From Candidatus Brocadiia bacterium (GTDB taxonomy: Bacteria; Planctomycetota; Brocadiia; SM23-32), in NCBI GenBank assembly GCA_046538485.1, contig JBKHIT010000007.1, positions 48,165 to 112,164 on the forward strand: 64,000 nt of DNA, given 5' to 3'. Made by a program: the position numbers and the translations under genes. Numbering within the stretch: the first letter of the stretch is position 1; every line of letters starts with the position of its first letter. The notes under the pieces were generated by a model, which was not told the DNA's origin, did not search any database, and saw nothing but the letters and a program-made list of their open reading frames with translations. Positions 9,817 through 19,346 of this stretch are shown here, piece after piece.

Positions 9817-10446
9817 CTATTGCTCGTCCGGAGGTGCGACTGAGACTGCGACCTGGGCGGGTCTCAGCAATTCACCATCGAGCAGGAAACCTTTCTGGAT
9901 TTCCTCAACAATCGTATTCGGTTCGACTTCGTTGGTCGGCTGCTGATAGACCGCTTCATGATAGCTCGGATCAAAAGGTTGTCCAATCACCTCCATCGGC
10001 TTTATGCCTAAATCTTCCAGAATATTGTAGAATTCATTTTCCGTCATAGCAAGTCCTTCGCTAATGCTTTCCGCCCCTTCGGTTTCCCGGGCAACTTCTC
10101 GGGCGCGTACGAGGCTATCAATAAAGGGGACAACTTTCCGAGCCAGTTCACGCAGTGCGTCACGGCGTGCGGAGCGGCGGGTCTTTTTAATCCGTTCCTG
10201 TAGATTCATCTTGTCGGCTACCGCTCGCCTGAGCCGATCAAGATATTCATCTCGTTCTTCAGCCAGAGTCTTGAGTTCTTCATATTCGGTAAATCGTATA
10301 GTGACGTTTTTATTTTGCGGCTCCTCATTATTCTCCTGGGATTCACCTGTTTCGGTTTCGGCAGAGTCTTGCGGAGTTGCTTCGGCTTTCTGTGAATCGA
10401 TGTCCTCCGCTGAACCGCCTTTCTGGTTTTGTTTTTCGGTTGTCAT
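9817..10446 (-). CDS. grpE: Nucleotide exchange factor GrpE
   Basis: FDPSYHEAV...QKGFLLDGELLRPAQVAV; follows dnaJ. Confidence 0.95.
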   Translation of the reverse strand: MTTEKQNQKGGSAEDIDSQKAEATPQDSAETETGESQENNEEPQNKNVTIRFTEYEELKTLAEERDEYLDRLRRAVADKMNLQERIKKTRRSARRDALRELARKVVPFIDSLVRAREVARETEGAESISEGLAMTENEFYNILEDLGIKPMEVIGQPFDPSYHEAVYQQPTNEVEPNTIVEEIQKGFLLDGELLRPAQVAVSVAPPDEQ

Positions 10447-10479
10447 TTTGTTTCCCTTTTGCCATTGCAGAGAGATAAT

Positions 10480-11634
10480 TTATTGCTGTTCTTCGTCTTT
10501 TTCACCATGGGATCGCTGGTACACGTACTCTTTTATTTTTTGCAGAAATCCTTTTCGTTTTTCGGAAACGTGGCTTCCTTCGATTTCTGCGAGTTCTCGT
10601 AGGAGTTCTTCCTGGCGGTCGGTGAGTTTTTGGGGCACTTCCACGCTGACATTTATAAGCAGGTCTCCCCGCGCTGAGTTTTGGGGGTAAGGTAGCCCGG
10701 CTTTCGATATCCGTAGAAGGTCGCCCCCCTGGGTAGAACGGGGGATTTCAATTTCGCGCATCTCTCCGCCCAAAATAGGCACCTGTGCTTTTCCTCCGAG
10801 AGCGGCCAGGGAGTAACTCACAGGCAGTTCGCAGATCAAGTCAGCACCGCGTCGATTAAAGATGGAATGTTCGCGAACGGTTATGTCACAGAACAGGTCA
10901 CCGCGTCCTCCGGGACCCGGTTCGCCTTCCCCGCGGACCCTTATACGCGTGCCGGATTCTATTCCTGCGGGGACCGTTATTTCGACGTCACATTCTTTTT
11001 CAATCAAGCCTTCCCCGCCACATTTACTGCAGGGGTTTTTGCATATAGTTCCGCTTCCGTGACATTTGGGACATGTTGTTCGCATTGAAAAGAAGCCCTG
11101 GCGGTTCTCAACCTGTCCGTGACCGCGGCAATAGGAACATGTCGTAGGCTCTGTTCCGGGGGTGCAGCCGTTGCCTTCACAGTGGTCACAGATTTCCCGA
11201 CGACGCAGAGTGACTGTTTTGGTAACGCCTTCGCTCACTTCTTCCAGGCTCATATTGAGGGCAACACGCAGGTTGCGTCCTCGTTTTTCCCGACGTTGTC
11301 CCCGCCGGCCTCCGCTGAAAAACTCATCGAACAGGCCGCTCCCCCCGAAAATGTCACTGAACGCGCTGAAAATATCGTCGAACGATCCAAAATCACGCCG
11401 CCCCGTATTGCGGAGACCTGCCTCGCCGTATTGATCGTAGAGACGCCGTTTTTGCTCATCGCCCAAAACTTCATAAGCTCGAGCCGCCTCTTTGAACTTT
11501 TCAGCTGCTTCAGGATCATCCGGATTGCGGTCAGGATGGTATTCAAGAGCAAGTTTGCGATAGGCGCGCTTTATCTCCTTCTGGGAGGCTTTCCGCTTGA
11601 CCCCGAGGATGTCATAATAGTCTTTTTCTGGCAT
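10480..11634 (-). CDS. dnaJ: Molecular chaperone DnaJ
   Basis: J domain with HPD, G/F region and four CxxCxGxG repeats. Confidence 0.97.
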   Translation of the reverse strand: MPEKDYYDILGVKRKASQKEIKRAYRKLALEYHPDRNPDDPEAAEKFKEAARAYEVLGDEQKRRLYDQYGEAGLRNTGRRDFGSFDDIFSAFSDIFGGSGLFDEFFSGGRRGQRREKRGRNLRVALNMSLEEVSEGVTKTVTLRRREICDHCEGNGCTPGTEPTTCSYCRGHGQVENRQGFFSMRTTCPKCHGSGTICKNPCSKCGGEGLIEKECDVEITVPAGIESGTRIRVRGEGEPGPGGRGDLFCDITVREHSIFNRRGADLICELPVSYSLAALGGKAQVPILGGEMREIEIPRSTQGGDLLRISKAGLPYPQNSARGDLLINVSVEVPQKLTDRQEELLRELAEIEGSHVSEKRKGFLQKIKEYVYQRSHGEKDEEQQ

Positions 11635-11683
11635 ATCGCACTTCGCCAATTGGAATCAGCTACGGCTATGTGTGCTTGTATGT

Positions 11684-11716
11684 CAAAGAGGGCTGCCATG
11701 AAGACAGCCCTCTTTG
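11684..11716 (-). terminator. Hairpin between the second groEL and dnaJ
   Basis: CAAAGAGGGCTG-N9-CAGCCCTCTTTG. Confidence 0.5.
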
Positions 11717-11780
11717 TATTCAGTTATTCTTCAACCTGACAATCTCCCCATGCATATTGGATTGGGGGAATGCAGGACGA

Positions 11781-13397
11781 TCATTTCACGCTGCCTTCCA
11801 CGTTTTGTTCCTCATCCTCGTCGACATCGGTCACCATCGTTTCGGTGGTAAGCATGAGGCCGGCAACGCTTGCCGCGCTCTGAAGCGCAATTCTTACGAC
11901 CTTTGTGGGGTCGATGATCCCGGCTTCGAACATATCGACGTATTCGCCGGTATTTGCATCGAAACCGGTTTTCTTGTCGCGGTTGAGTATTTCAGTGATC
12001 ACAACGGCACCGTTATGTCCGGTATTTGCCGCGATCGTGGTGCTCGGGGCGTCGAGCGCTCGTGCGATGATGTCAGCGCCCATTTTTTCATCTCCCCGCT
12101 GGCGGTCACGGCGTTTCATCACGGCGTCTTTGCATCGTAGAAGGGCGCAACCTCCGCCCACAACGATGCCTTCTGCGGCGGCCGCTCGCGTTGCGTGAAG
12201 GGCGTCTTCTACCCGCGCCTTTTTCTCGTTCATCTCGGCTTCCGTCGCGGCACCGACGTTAACCACGGCCACTCCGCCACTGAGCCGGGCAAGACGTTCC
12301 TCGAGTTTTTCACGATCGTAGTCGCTTGTTGTTTCGTCGATCTGACGTCGGATCTGGTCGATCCGCGCCTTGACATCTTTTTTGTTCCCTGCGCCGCCTA
12401 CAATCGTGGTGTCGTCCTGGTTGATGGTGATACGTTCGGCTTTGCCCAGATCATCGAGCTGGACCTTTTCAAGGTCGATACCTATATCCTCGCTGATGAA
12501 GCGTCCGCCGGTGAGGACCGCCAGGTCGCCGAGCATGGCTTTTCTTCGATCGCCGAACCCCGGTGCTTTGACGGCGCAACACTGGATGGTTCCGCGGAGT
12601 TTATTCACGACGAGTGCGGCAAGAGCTTCACCTTCAACGTCTTCGGCAATAATCAACAGCGGTTTTCCGGCGGTGGCAACGCTTTCAAGAATCGGTACCA
12701 TGTCGGCGACGTTGCTGATTTTCTTTTCGTGTATGAGAATATAAGCCTCTTCAAGTTCGACTTCCATCTCCGCCGAATTGGTCACAAAGTACGGTGAGAG
12801 GTAACCTTTATCGAACTGCATTCCTTCAACGAAATCCAGTTCGGTCTGGGTCGATCGCCCTTCCTCGACTGTGATAACGCCATCTTTGCCGACTTTATCG
12901 ACGGCATCGGCGAGCAGTTCTCCGATGGTCGGGTCGTTATTGGCACTGATGGTACCAACCTGGGCGATTTCTTCCTTGCTTTTGACCTGTTTACTTTGAT
13001 CCTGTAGTTCTTTAACGACGGCGTCAGCAGCGTCGTCAATTCCTCGTTTCACGGCCATAGGATTTGCGCCGGCTGCGACTGCTTTCAATCCTTCACGGTA
13101 AATGAGTTCTGCCAGAACGGTTGCAGTAGTAGTTCCGTCTCCAGCCTCGTCGCTGGTGCGGGTCGCTACTTCGTTCACCATTTTGGCGCCCATGTTCTCG
13201 AATTTGCCTTCCAGCTCTATCTCTTTGGAGACGGTGACACCGTCTTTGGTGACATTGGGGCTTCCGTAACTTTTCTGCAGGATGACGTTGCGGCCCGTTG
13301 GACCCATCGTAACTCGCACGGCATCGGCGAGTTTTTGGATCCCGTTTAGCATTTGTTTACGGGCATCGTCGCTGTAAATTAATTGTTTGGCCGCCAT
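11781..13397 (-). CDS. groL: Chaperonin GroEL (paralog without GGM tail)
   Basis: [33 protein letters not shown]. Confidence 0.98.
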   Translation of the reverse strand: MAAKQLIYSDDARKQMLNGIQKLADAVRVTMGPTGRNVILQKSYGSPNVTKDGVTVSKEIELEGKFENMGAKMVNEVATRTSDEAGDGTTTATVLAELIYREGLKAVAAGANPMAVKRGIDDAADAVVKELQDQSKQVKSKEEIAQVGTISANNDPTIGELLADAVDKVGKDGVITVEEGRSTQTELDFVEGMQFDKGYLSPYFVTNSAEMEVELEEAYILIHEKKISNVADMVPILESVATAGKPLLIIAEDVEGEALAALVVNKLRGTIQCCAVKAPGFGDRRKAMLGDLAVLTGGRFISEDIGIDLEKVQLDDLGKAERITINQDDTTIVGGAGNKKDVKARIDQIRRQIDETTSDYDREKLEERLARLSGGVAVVNVGAATEAEMNEKKARVEDALHATRAAAAEGIVVGGGCALLRCKDAVMKRRDRQRGDEKMGADIIARALDAPSTTIAANTGHNGAVVITEILNRDKKTGFDANTGEYVDMFEAGIIDPTKVVRIALQSAASVAGLMLTTETMVTDVDEDEEQNVEGSVK

Positions 13398-13456
13398 ATT
13401 CTTTTTTTACCTCCTGAAGGCGATAGGTATGATGTTGCCAAATTTTCTAAGGGAAT

Positions 13457-13765
13457 TTATTCTTCCAGGATAGCGAGCAAGTCTGTTTCGCTCATGATTT
13501 TGACGTCTTTCTCACCAACCTGTACATCGGTTCCGCTGAACTTTCCAAAGATCACGACATCTCCAACCGAAACGTTCAATCCGGCCCGTTCTCCGTCCTC
13601 GAGCAGTTGTCCCGGTCCGGCAGCGATAATCTTGCCCTTTTGCGATTTTTCCTTTGCCGAATCGGGAAGGAATATTCCTCCAGCTGTTTTGTCTTCGCTC
13701 TCAATCGGTTCCACAACCACTCGATCGTCCAGGGGCCTGATCTGAATGTCTTGCTTTTTAGCCAT
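13457..13765 (-). CDS. groS: Co-chaperonin GroES
   Basis: IRPLDDRVVV, KTAGGIFLPDSAKEK. Confidence 0.98.
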   Translation of the reverse strand: MAKKQDIQIRPLDDRVVVEPIESEDKTAGGIFLPDSAKEKSQKGKIIAAGPGQLLEDGERAGLNVSVGDVVIFGKFSGTDVQVGEKDVKIMSETDLLAILEE

Positions 13766-13813
13766 TTGTTTTAAAGACCTCCGTCAGGAAATATTTTTTA
13801 AGATGATTTGGAG

Positions 13814-13833
13814 GGCCGGGCTTCGGCCCGGCC
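13814..13833. other. GC-rich hairpin between groEL and groES (possible mRNA stability/attenuation element)
   Basis: GGCCGGGC-TTCG-GCCCGGCC. Confidence 0.4.
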
Positions 13834-13855
13834 TTTGGGTGATTTGGCATTACCT

Positions 13856-15580
13856 TTACATGCCGGGCATACCTCCGCCCATACCACCCATGCCACCCAT
13901 ACCGCCCATACCGCCCATGCCACCCATGCCGCCAGGAGCAGCTCCGCCCATGCCGGGAGCACCGCCTGGGCCGCCAGGACCGCCAGGCATCTCTTCTTCT
14001 TTTCCGGGCAATTCGGTGATAAGACATTCGGTAGTGAGCAAAACGCCGGCCACACTGACGGCGTTCTGAAGAGCGGAGCGGATGACTTTTGTCGCGTCAA
14101 TTACTCCGGATTTTACAAGGTCGCAAAACTCCAGTTTTTGGGCATCAAAGCCAAAAGAATAATTGTCTTCTGAAAGGATTTTTTGGACGACGACCTCGCC
14201 TTCTTCTCCGGCGTTGCTGGCTATCGAGCTGGCCGGTGCGGCCAGAGCCTTCTTCAGAACTTCGATAGCGGCCGATTCTTCGCCGGGCAACTCAAGGTTT
14301 TCCAGGACAGAGGATGCTCTCAGTAGCGCAACACCACCGCCGGGCAGGATGCCTTCTTCTGCTGCGGCCTGGGTAGCGTTAAGCGCATCTTCAACACGAG
14401 CTTTCTTTTCTTTCATCTCGGTTTCACTCACGGCGCCCACGTTAATCTGGGCGACTCCGCCTCCGAGTTTTGCCAATCTTTCCTCGAGTTTCTCGCAATC
14501 ATAATCGCTTGTAGTTTGCTCGATTTCGCGTTCGATCTGTGTGCAGCGGGCTTCAATTTCGGATTCCGAGCCAGCCCCACCGACAATAATGGTATCGTCG
14601 TCGGTAACGGTAACCTTTTCCGCCCGCCCGAGGTCGTTGATATCCACGTTTTCAATTTTAATCCCCAATGATTCAAAAATAGGACGAGCGCCCGTCAGGA
14701 TGGCGATATCTTCCATTATCGACTTCCGGCGATCGCCATATCCCGGGGCTTTGACCGCACAGCAATCGACCACACCGCGCATTTTATTCACCACGAGAGT
14801 GGCGAGGGCTTCATCTTCAACGTCTTCACTGATGATCAAAACGGGTTTGTCCTGTTGGCTGAGTCGTTCGAGGAATTCGACAAGCCCGGAAGCCGAGCTG
14901 AGTTTTTCCTCAAATACCAGCACCAGACAGTCTTCAAGGACGCATTCCATCCTGTCCTCGTCGGTTATGAACTGAGGTGAAAGGTAGCCCCTATTGAACT
15001 GCATACCTTCCACGACATCGACATAGCTGTCGAGGGCCCGTCCTTCTTCGACGGTTACGACCCCGGTTCGACCGACCTGGTCCATGGCATCGGCGATCAT
15101 CTGACCAATTTCGGCGTTGTTATTGGCCGCGATACTGGCGATAGCCTGAATATCATCGCTGTCGCCGACCGGTTTGCTTTGTTGCTTGAGTTCTTCGACG
15201 ACGGCGTCAGCCGCTTTCTGCAGGCCACGGCGCAACGACATGGGGTCAATGCCGCTGACCACCCGTTTCATGCCTTCTGTGGCGATGGCTTCGGCGAGCA
15301 CAGTTGCCGTTGTGGTGCCGTCTCCCGCATCATCGCCCGTCTTGGATGCTGCTTCTCGGGTGAGACGCGCTCCAAGATTCTCTTCTTTATCGGTCAATTC
15401 GATATCTTCCGCAACGGTAACCCCGTCTTTTGTGACTTTCGGGCTTCCGTAACTCTTATCAAGCACGGCGGTACGGCCGCGCGGACCAAGCGTCGACTTC
15501 ACGGCCCGGGCAAGTTTCTGGACTCCCTCCAGTATTTTCTCGCGGGCCTGCCGTTCATAAACTAGTTGCTTCGCTGGCAT
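13856..15580 (-). CDS. groL: Chaperonin GroEL (paralog with long GGM tail)
   Basis: Start MPAKQL at 15580 with [17 protein letters not shown]-terminal (GGM)n. Confidence 0.98.
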   Translation of the reverse strand: MPAKQLVYERQAREKILEGVQKLARAVKSTLGPRGRTAVLDKSYGSPKVTKDGVTVAEDIELTDKEENLGARLTREAASKTGDDAGDGTTTATVLAEAIATEGMKRVVSGIDPMSLRRGLQKAADAVVEELKQQSKPVGDSDDIQAIASIAANNNAEIGQMIADAMDQVGRTGVVTVEEGRALDSYVDVVEGMQFNRGYLSPQFITDEDRMECVLEDCLVLVFEEKLSSASGLVEFLERLSQQDKPVLIISEDVEDEALATLVVNKMRGVVDCCAVKAPGYGDRRKSIMEDIAILTGARPIFESLGIKIENVDINDLGRAEKVTVTDDDTIIVGGAGSESEIEARCTQIEREIEQTTSDYDCEKLEERLAKLGGGVAQINVGAVSETEMKEKKARVEDALNATQAAAEEGILPGGGVALLRASSVLENLELPGEESAAIEVLKKALAAPASSIASNAGEEGEVVVQKILSEDNYSFGFDAQKLEFCDLVKSGVIDATKVIRSALQNAVSVAGVLLTTECLITELPGKEEEMPGGPGGPGGAPGMGGAAPGGMGGMGGMGGMGGMGGMGGGMPGM

Positions 15581-15663
15581 CCTCGTAATCCTCCAAGATT
15601 TCAAGTGGATGCGAAAAGTTTTGAAAACACACTTATTCCGCAACGCTGGAACCAAATTATAGG

Positions 15664-15680
15664 CGCAAACTCTGTGCCAA
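15664..15680 (-). promoter_or_regulatory. Sigma-54 (-24/-12) promoter upstream of the chaperone operon
   Basis: Minus strand reads TTGGCAC-AGAGT-TTGCG, matching TGGCAC-N5-TTGC, about 85 nt before the groEL start. Confidence 0.7.
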
Positions 15681-15881
15681 TAAATTTAAATTCGGATCTC
15701 CTTCGGTGCCTGCGACTCCGAAACCCACCGATACCGTGACCTGGTTTTGCTGAAAGCATCTGAACATTGTCGTTTCCGCCCGTGTGCCCGGTTCCGGGAC
15801 GCTGGAGCTACTGTCAATCCGACAGAACAAAGGCCTGCCATTGCAGATGCCTGTCAATATGGCAGCGGACGGCGTGGGTGT

Positions 15882-18254
15882 TCAGCGGCCTTTTTTCATG
15901 CTGATACGGCGGGAGGCTGCCGACAGTTCGGAATGGAATTTCCGGGCAATAGTGGTGAAAATCCCCCGGTGAATAATTTTTTGGCCTTCTTCGTTGGGAT
16001 GGAGTTGGTACGAACTCTTGTTTTCGGGAGACGGGCGGAAAAGGCGTTCCCATTTTTCCTCCAGCATGAACCGCGAGTATATATCGGCTACCGGGAGCCC
16101 TTTTCGAAGTCCCGTTTTTTTGATGATACGGGCATAATGATGGGACAGTTTGGGGCGCAGAGGAAGCGGTGGGGGAGTTATCAGAATTATATAAGCCCGG
16201 CTCTGGCTCAAAGCCTGGTCGAGAGCAGCAATCAGGTATGCCTCAAAAGCTTCATGAGGGACAGTATTGACGACAGATTCGGGTTGCCCCACGAGAATGA
16301 TGAGATGGGGGCCTGATTCACTTATGCTTTGTTGCATTTCAAGAAAACGCCGAGTGGGAGGGAATTCCTCTCCGCTTTTCAGCTGTGGTTTCTTTACTTC
16401 GAAACGAAGCGGATTATAAGTGTTTCGCAAAGCGTTTGTGAGCATTGTGATATAGCTCGGCCGTTTCGGGGAGGCCCCGGAAGGTCCCGACAGCCCGGAA
16501 TCAAGCACCAAGATGCGGCACACGCCATTTTTGGGCGAAAATATTTGTCTCTGAGGAACGTTCTTAATCTTTGCGTCAGCAATGCGAAGCACGACCAGGC
16601 GGCCTTGTCGATCCCTGAGATTGTGTGCTCGGTCCTGTTTGAGGCGCATCAGTGGACGGTCTGTGCTGAGAGCAGCCAGGGTTTTTTCTGTTGTCGAACG
16701 GCCATGGAGTAGAAGTCGGAAAGTAAGGTACAAATCGCCTTTTGGAAGGGCGGCGCTGGTTTCGATCGGCAGCCAGCCACCTTGCAGCCCCGGAGAGGGA
16801 CGGAGTTCTTCTATAAGGCGTTTGTCCCGCCTTGATTTGATTTTCACGCCTGAGTTCGTTTTCGAGACGGTTTCCAGGACGACGTCTCGCTTCAAATTAC
16901 TTTTGTTTTTGAGATAAAGTTTGATTTTAGCTTTTTCACCGGCCGGTAGTATGGGGAATTCGCTTTCAAAGGCGATTTGCATCCTCAAATTCATTTGTTT
17001 GACGGGTTCGGGGGCATGGGTCACACGCCGCTTAATTCGTGCCTGTTTGCCCTTTTTGTTTCTTATCGTAAGCGTAACCCGGTACGGTTTCTGCCGCGGG
17101 AATTCGTGGTCGGTCGTTCTCCCTGTGGCAGTTGTACCGTCGCCGAAATCCCATTGGTAGGTGAAGCGACTTTCGCTCTCGGGGGGTTCGCCGGATCTGC
17201 TTTCGAAATGGTGACGTGGGAATTTCAGCTCGTCGCCATTGACATGGAGGTTGTACCGATGGCGGGAGATGAAGAACGGATTAAGATCAGCGCCCAGCAC
17301 TTCACGGCCCTTTATTTCTGCGGGCAGAAATTTTACAAAAGCGCGCGGCGGCACGGTCACAATAGCGTCAGATGATGGCCCCTGCCATCCCAGTTTGGCC
17401 AGCTGGGCTCCGCCGTTCTCCACGTGATAGTAGTGCAGCCGGTAAACGCCTCGTTTAATCGGCTCAGCGGTGGTCCTGACTGCTTTGGGATGCGTTGGAT
17501 CGCGCCAGCTCTCACTCGGTACTCCCACTTTTCGTTCGCAATGCAGCAGTTCTTCTTCGCCCAATTGAAGGTCAAATGACGCAAAATCATCCGCGTTGAG
17601 GGCGAAAGTGTACTGGCCTGTTTCCGGGAGATAAATGGTTCCTTCATAGATGCTCAAATAATAATCGTTGCGTCCGAATGGGTTTTCAAGATCGTTGATA
17701 TGCCGCCATTCTTTCTTCCCGCACTTTTCAAGATCGGCCCCCAGCAGGTAATCCAGATGCGCAAGATTGCGAAATACGCCATTTTGCAACAATCGGGTTT
17801 CAAGAGTTAACCCGCCAAGGTGCCGATCCCACTGATGTGAGACACGAGGGGCTTTTTTATTGCCGTAGTAAATAAAAAACTTTTCCCGATCGGGCGGAAC
17901 GAAAAACAGTACGCTCAGAGAGCCGTCTTGGAACTTTTCCACATTGTGTGGGAGGATCTGTCCCGAGGCATCCAGTACCCGCACGTCGCGGCCGTCTTTG
18001 GCACAGAGGGAGCTTTGTTCGCGGAGTTCAGCACGGACCGTGTTGATTCCTCCCCGCCGCTCTTTTTCGACGACACCGACCTCAAGCCGGTATTTCCAGT
18101 TTTTGTTCCACCACTTATCGGCGGAAAAGCCGAGCGAGGGAAAAACACAGATGAGAGACAAAAGAGAGACCAACCGCAATAACAGGCCGCGATGGCGGAG
18201 GTCGGCAAACACGTTATGTACCCCGATGGATTGTTCGCACCGCTTGGGGATCAC
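15882..18254 (-). CDS. Exported multidomain protein (DUF2341-like, PA14-like, PKD, degenerate SGNH-like domain)
   Basis: Signal-like hydrophobic stretch; WWNKNWKYR; GQYTFALNADD (PA14-like); YQWDFGDG (PKD); LITPPP...DIYSRF...LHPNEEG (SGNH-like). Confidence 0.55.
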   Translation of the reverse strand: MIPKRCEQSIGVHNVFADLRHRGLLLRLVSLLSLICVFPSLGFSADKWWNKNWKYRLEVGVVEKERRGGINTVRAELREQSSLCAKDGRDVRVLDASGQILPHNVEKFQDGSLSVLFFVPPDREKFFIYYGNKKAPRVSHQWDRHLGGLTLETRLLQNGVFRNLAHLDYLLGADLEKCGKKEWRHINDLENPFGRNDYYLSIYEGTIYLPETGQYTFALNADDFASFDLQLGEEELLHCERKVGVPSESWRDPTHPKAVRTTAEPIKRGVYRLHYYHVENGGAQLAKLGWQGPSSDAIVTVPPRAFVKFLPAEIKGREVLGADLNPFFISRHRYNLHVNGDELKFPRHHFESRSGEPPESESRFTYQWDFGDGTTATGRTTDHEFPRQKPYRVTLTIRNKKGKQARIKRRVTHAPEPVKQMNLRMQIAFESEFPILPAGEKAKIKLYLKNKSNLKRDVVLETVSKTNSGVKIKSRRDKRLIEELRPSPGLQGGWLPIETSAALPKGDLYLTFRLLLHGRSTTEKTLAALSTDRPLMRLKQDRAHNLRDRQGRLVVLRIADAKIKNVPQRQIFSPKNGVCRILVLDSGLSGPSGASPKRPSYITMLTNALRNTYNPLRFEVKKPQLKSGEEFPPTRRFLEMQQSISESGPHLIILVGQPESVVNTVPHEAFEAYLIAALDQALSQSRAYIILITPPPLPLRPKLSHHYARIIKKTGLRKGLPVADIYSRFMLEEKWERLFRPSPENKSSYQLHPNEEGQKIIHRGIFTTIARKFHSELSAASRRISMKKGR

Positions 18255-18255
18255 T

Positions 18256-19101
18256 TCAGAGCAGTTTTTCTTTCAGAGATCGCAATAGCTCAATGGCTTT
18301 TTCAATGTCTTTCACCTGTTGTTCACCGCTGATCTCGCGTTCGATGGTCAGCGGGCCTTCGTATCCCAGATCGACGAGGGTGCGCATATACTCTTCGATA
18401 TTAACATCTCCTTCGCCCAGGGGAACTTCTTCGCCCCATTCCACGCCAGGATTGCCGCTCCCCACAGCGTCTTTGCAGTGGCAGCTCCGCACGTATTGAC
18501 CCACTTTGCGCAGGGCTTCAAGCGGTTCCCCGCTCCCATACAGGATCATGTTAGCGGGATCAAAATTCACGCAGAGATTATCTCTTCCCACTTCTTCAAT
18601 CAGTGTCAGCAAAGTGGACGCGGTTTCCTGCCCGGTTTCCAGGTTGACTGTCAGGTCCATCGCTTTGCAGTATTCGCAGAGGCCCTTCAGGATCCCGACG
18701 ATTTCAGCGAACTCGTCCGAATCGGTATCTTCGGGCACAAAACCCACGTGAATTCCAATACCGGGGGCGTCTACCGCGGAAGCGAAATCGGCGATGTCTC
18801 GCGTTTGGCGGACTCTCTTTTCACGTGTCTCCGGTGGCACAAGTCCCACTGTTTCCCGCACGGCTTCAATGGTCGCATAGCTTTCACCGGGGTAGCCGCA
18901 GAAAACCAATGTGATATCGATATGAGCCTCATTGAATTGTTTGCAGACTTGTTCGGCGTGCTGGGGGGTACGCAGGTCGGGCGGGGGAGCGTGTACCTGA
19001 ACGGTCGGAACGCCCATTTTCTGGACAGCATCTAATCCAGCTCCAAGACCTGCCCCGATGGAAGTGAAAACTCCCAGCGGCATAATTTCTTTGGTACTCA
19101 T
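18256..19101 (-). CDS. Sugar phosphate isomerase/epimerase (xylose isomerase-like TIM barrel)
   Basis: LETGQE, NFDPAN, HCKD, PLGEGDV, LTIERE; AAGGAG RBS before ATG 19101. Confidence 0.85.
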   Translation of the reverse strand: MSTKEIMPLGVFTSIGAGLGAGLDAVQKMGVPTVQVHAPPPDLRTPQHAEQVCKQFNEAHIDITLVFCGYPGESYATIEAVRETVGLVPPETREKRVRQTRDIADFASAVDAPGIGIHVGFVPEDTDSDEFAEIVGILKGLCEYCKAMDLTVNLETGQETASTLLTLIEEVGRDNLCVNFDPANMILYGSGEPLEALRKVGQYVRSCHCKDAVGSGNPGVEWGEEVPLGEGDVNIEEYMRTLVDLGYEGPLTIEREISGEQQVKDIEKAIELLRSLKEKLL

Positions 19102-19132
19102 ACGAGTCTCCTTCATACAAGATGTAAAGACC

Positions 19133-19161
19133 ATTTAAATGCTCTTGGAGCGGGGTGTCAA
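19133..19161 (-). promoter_or_regulatory. Putative sigma-70 promoter
   Basis: TTGACA-17nt-TTAAAT on the minus strand, upstream of the isomerase gene. Confidence 0.45.
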
Positions 19162-19346
19162 GCTTAAGAACATCGGGTTTTGTCCCCGTGGACCCGAACG
19201 GCCGCGGCGAAAATACGCTTACCGAAAGCAATTCAAGGTTGCGGTGCTTTCTCTTGTGCAGCACTTTGATATTCTCGATTGTGTAGTATATCATCAAACG
19301 CTCTACTTTCCATCCGGCAGTGTCCAAAACGAGAGGTATTCAACTG

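Noticed and set aside
15580..15880. CIRCE/HrcA operator upstream of groEL
   Set aside because: No TTAGCACTC-N9-GAGTGCTAA match was seen.
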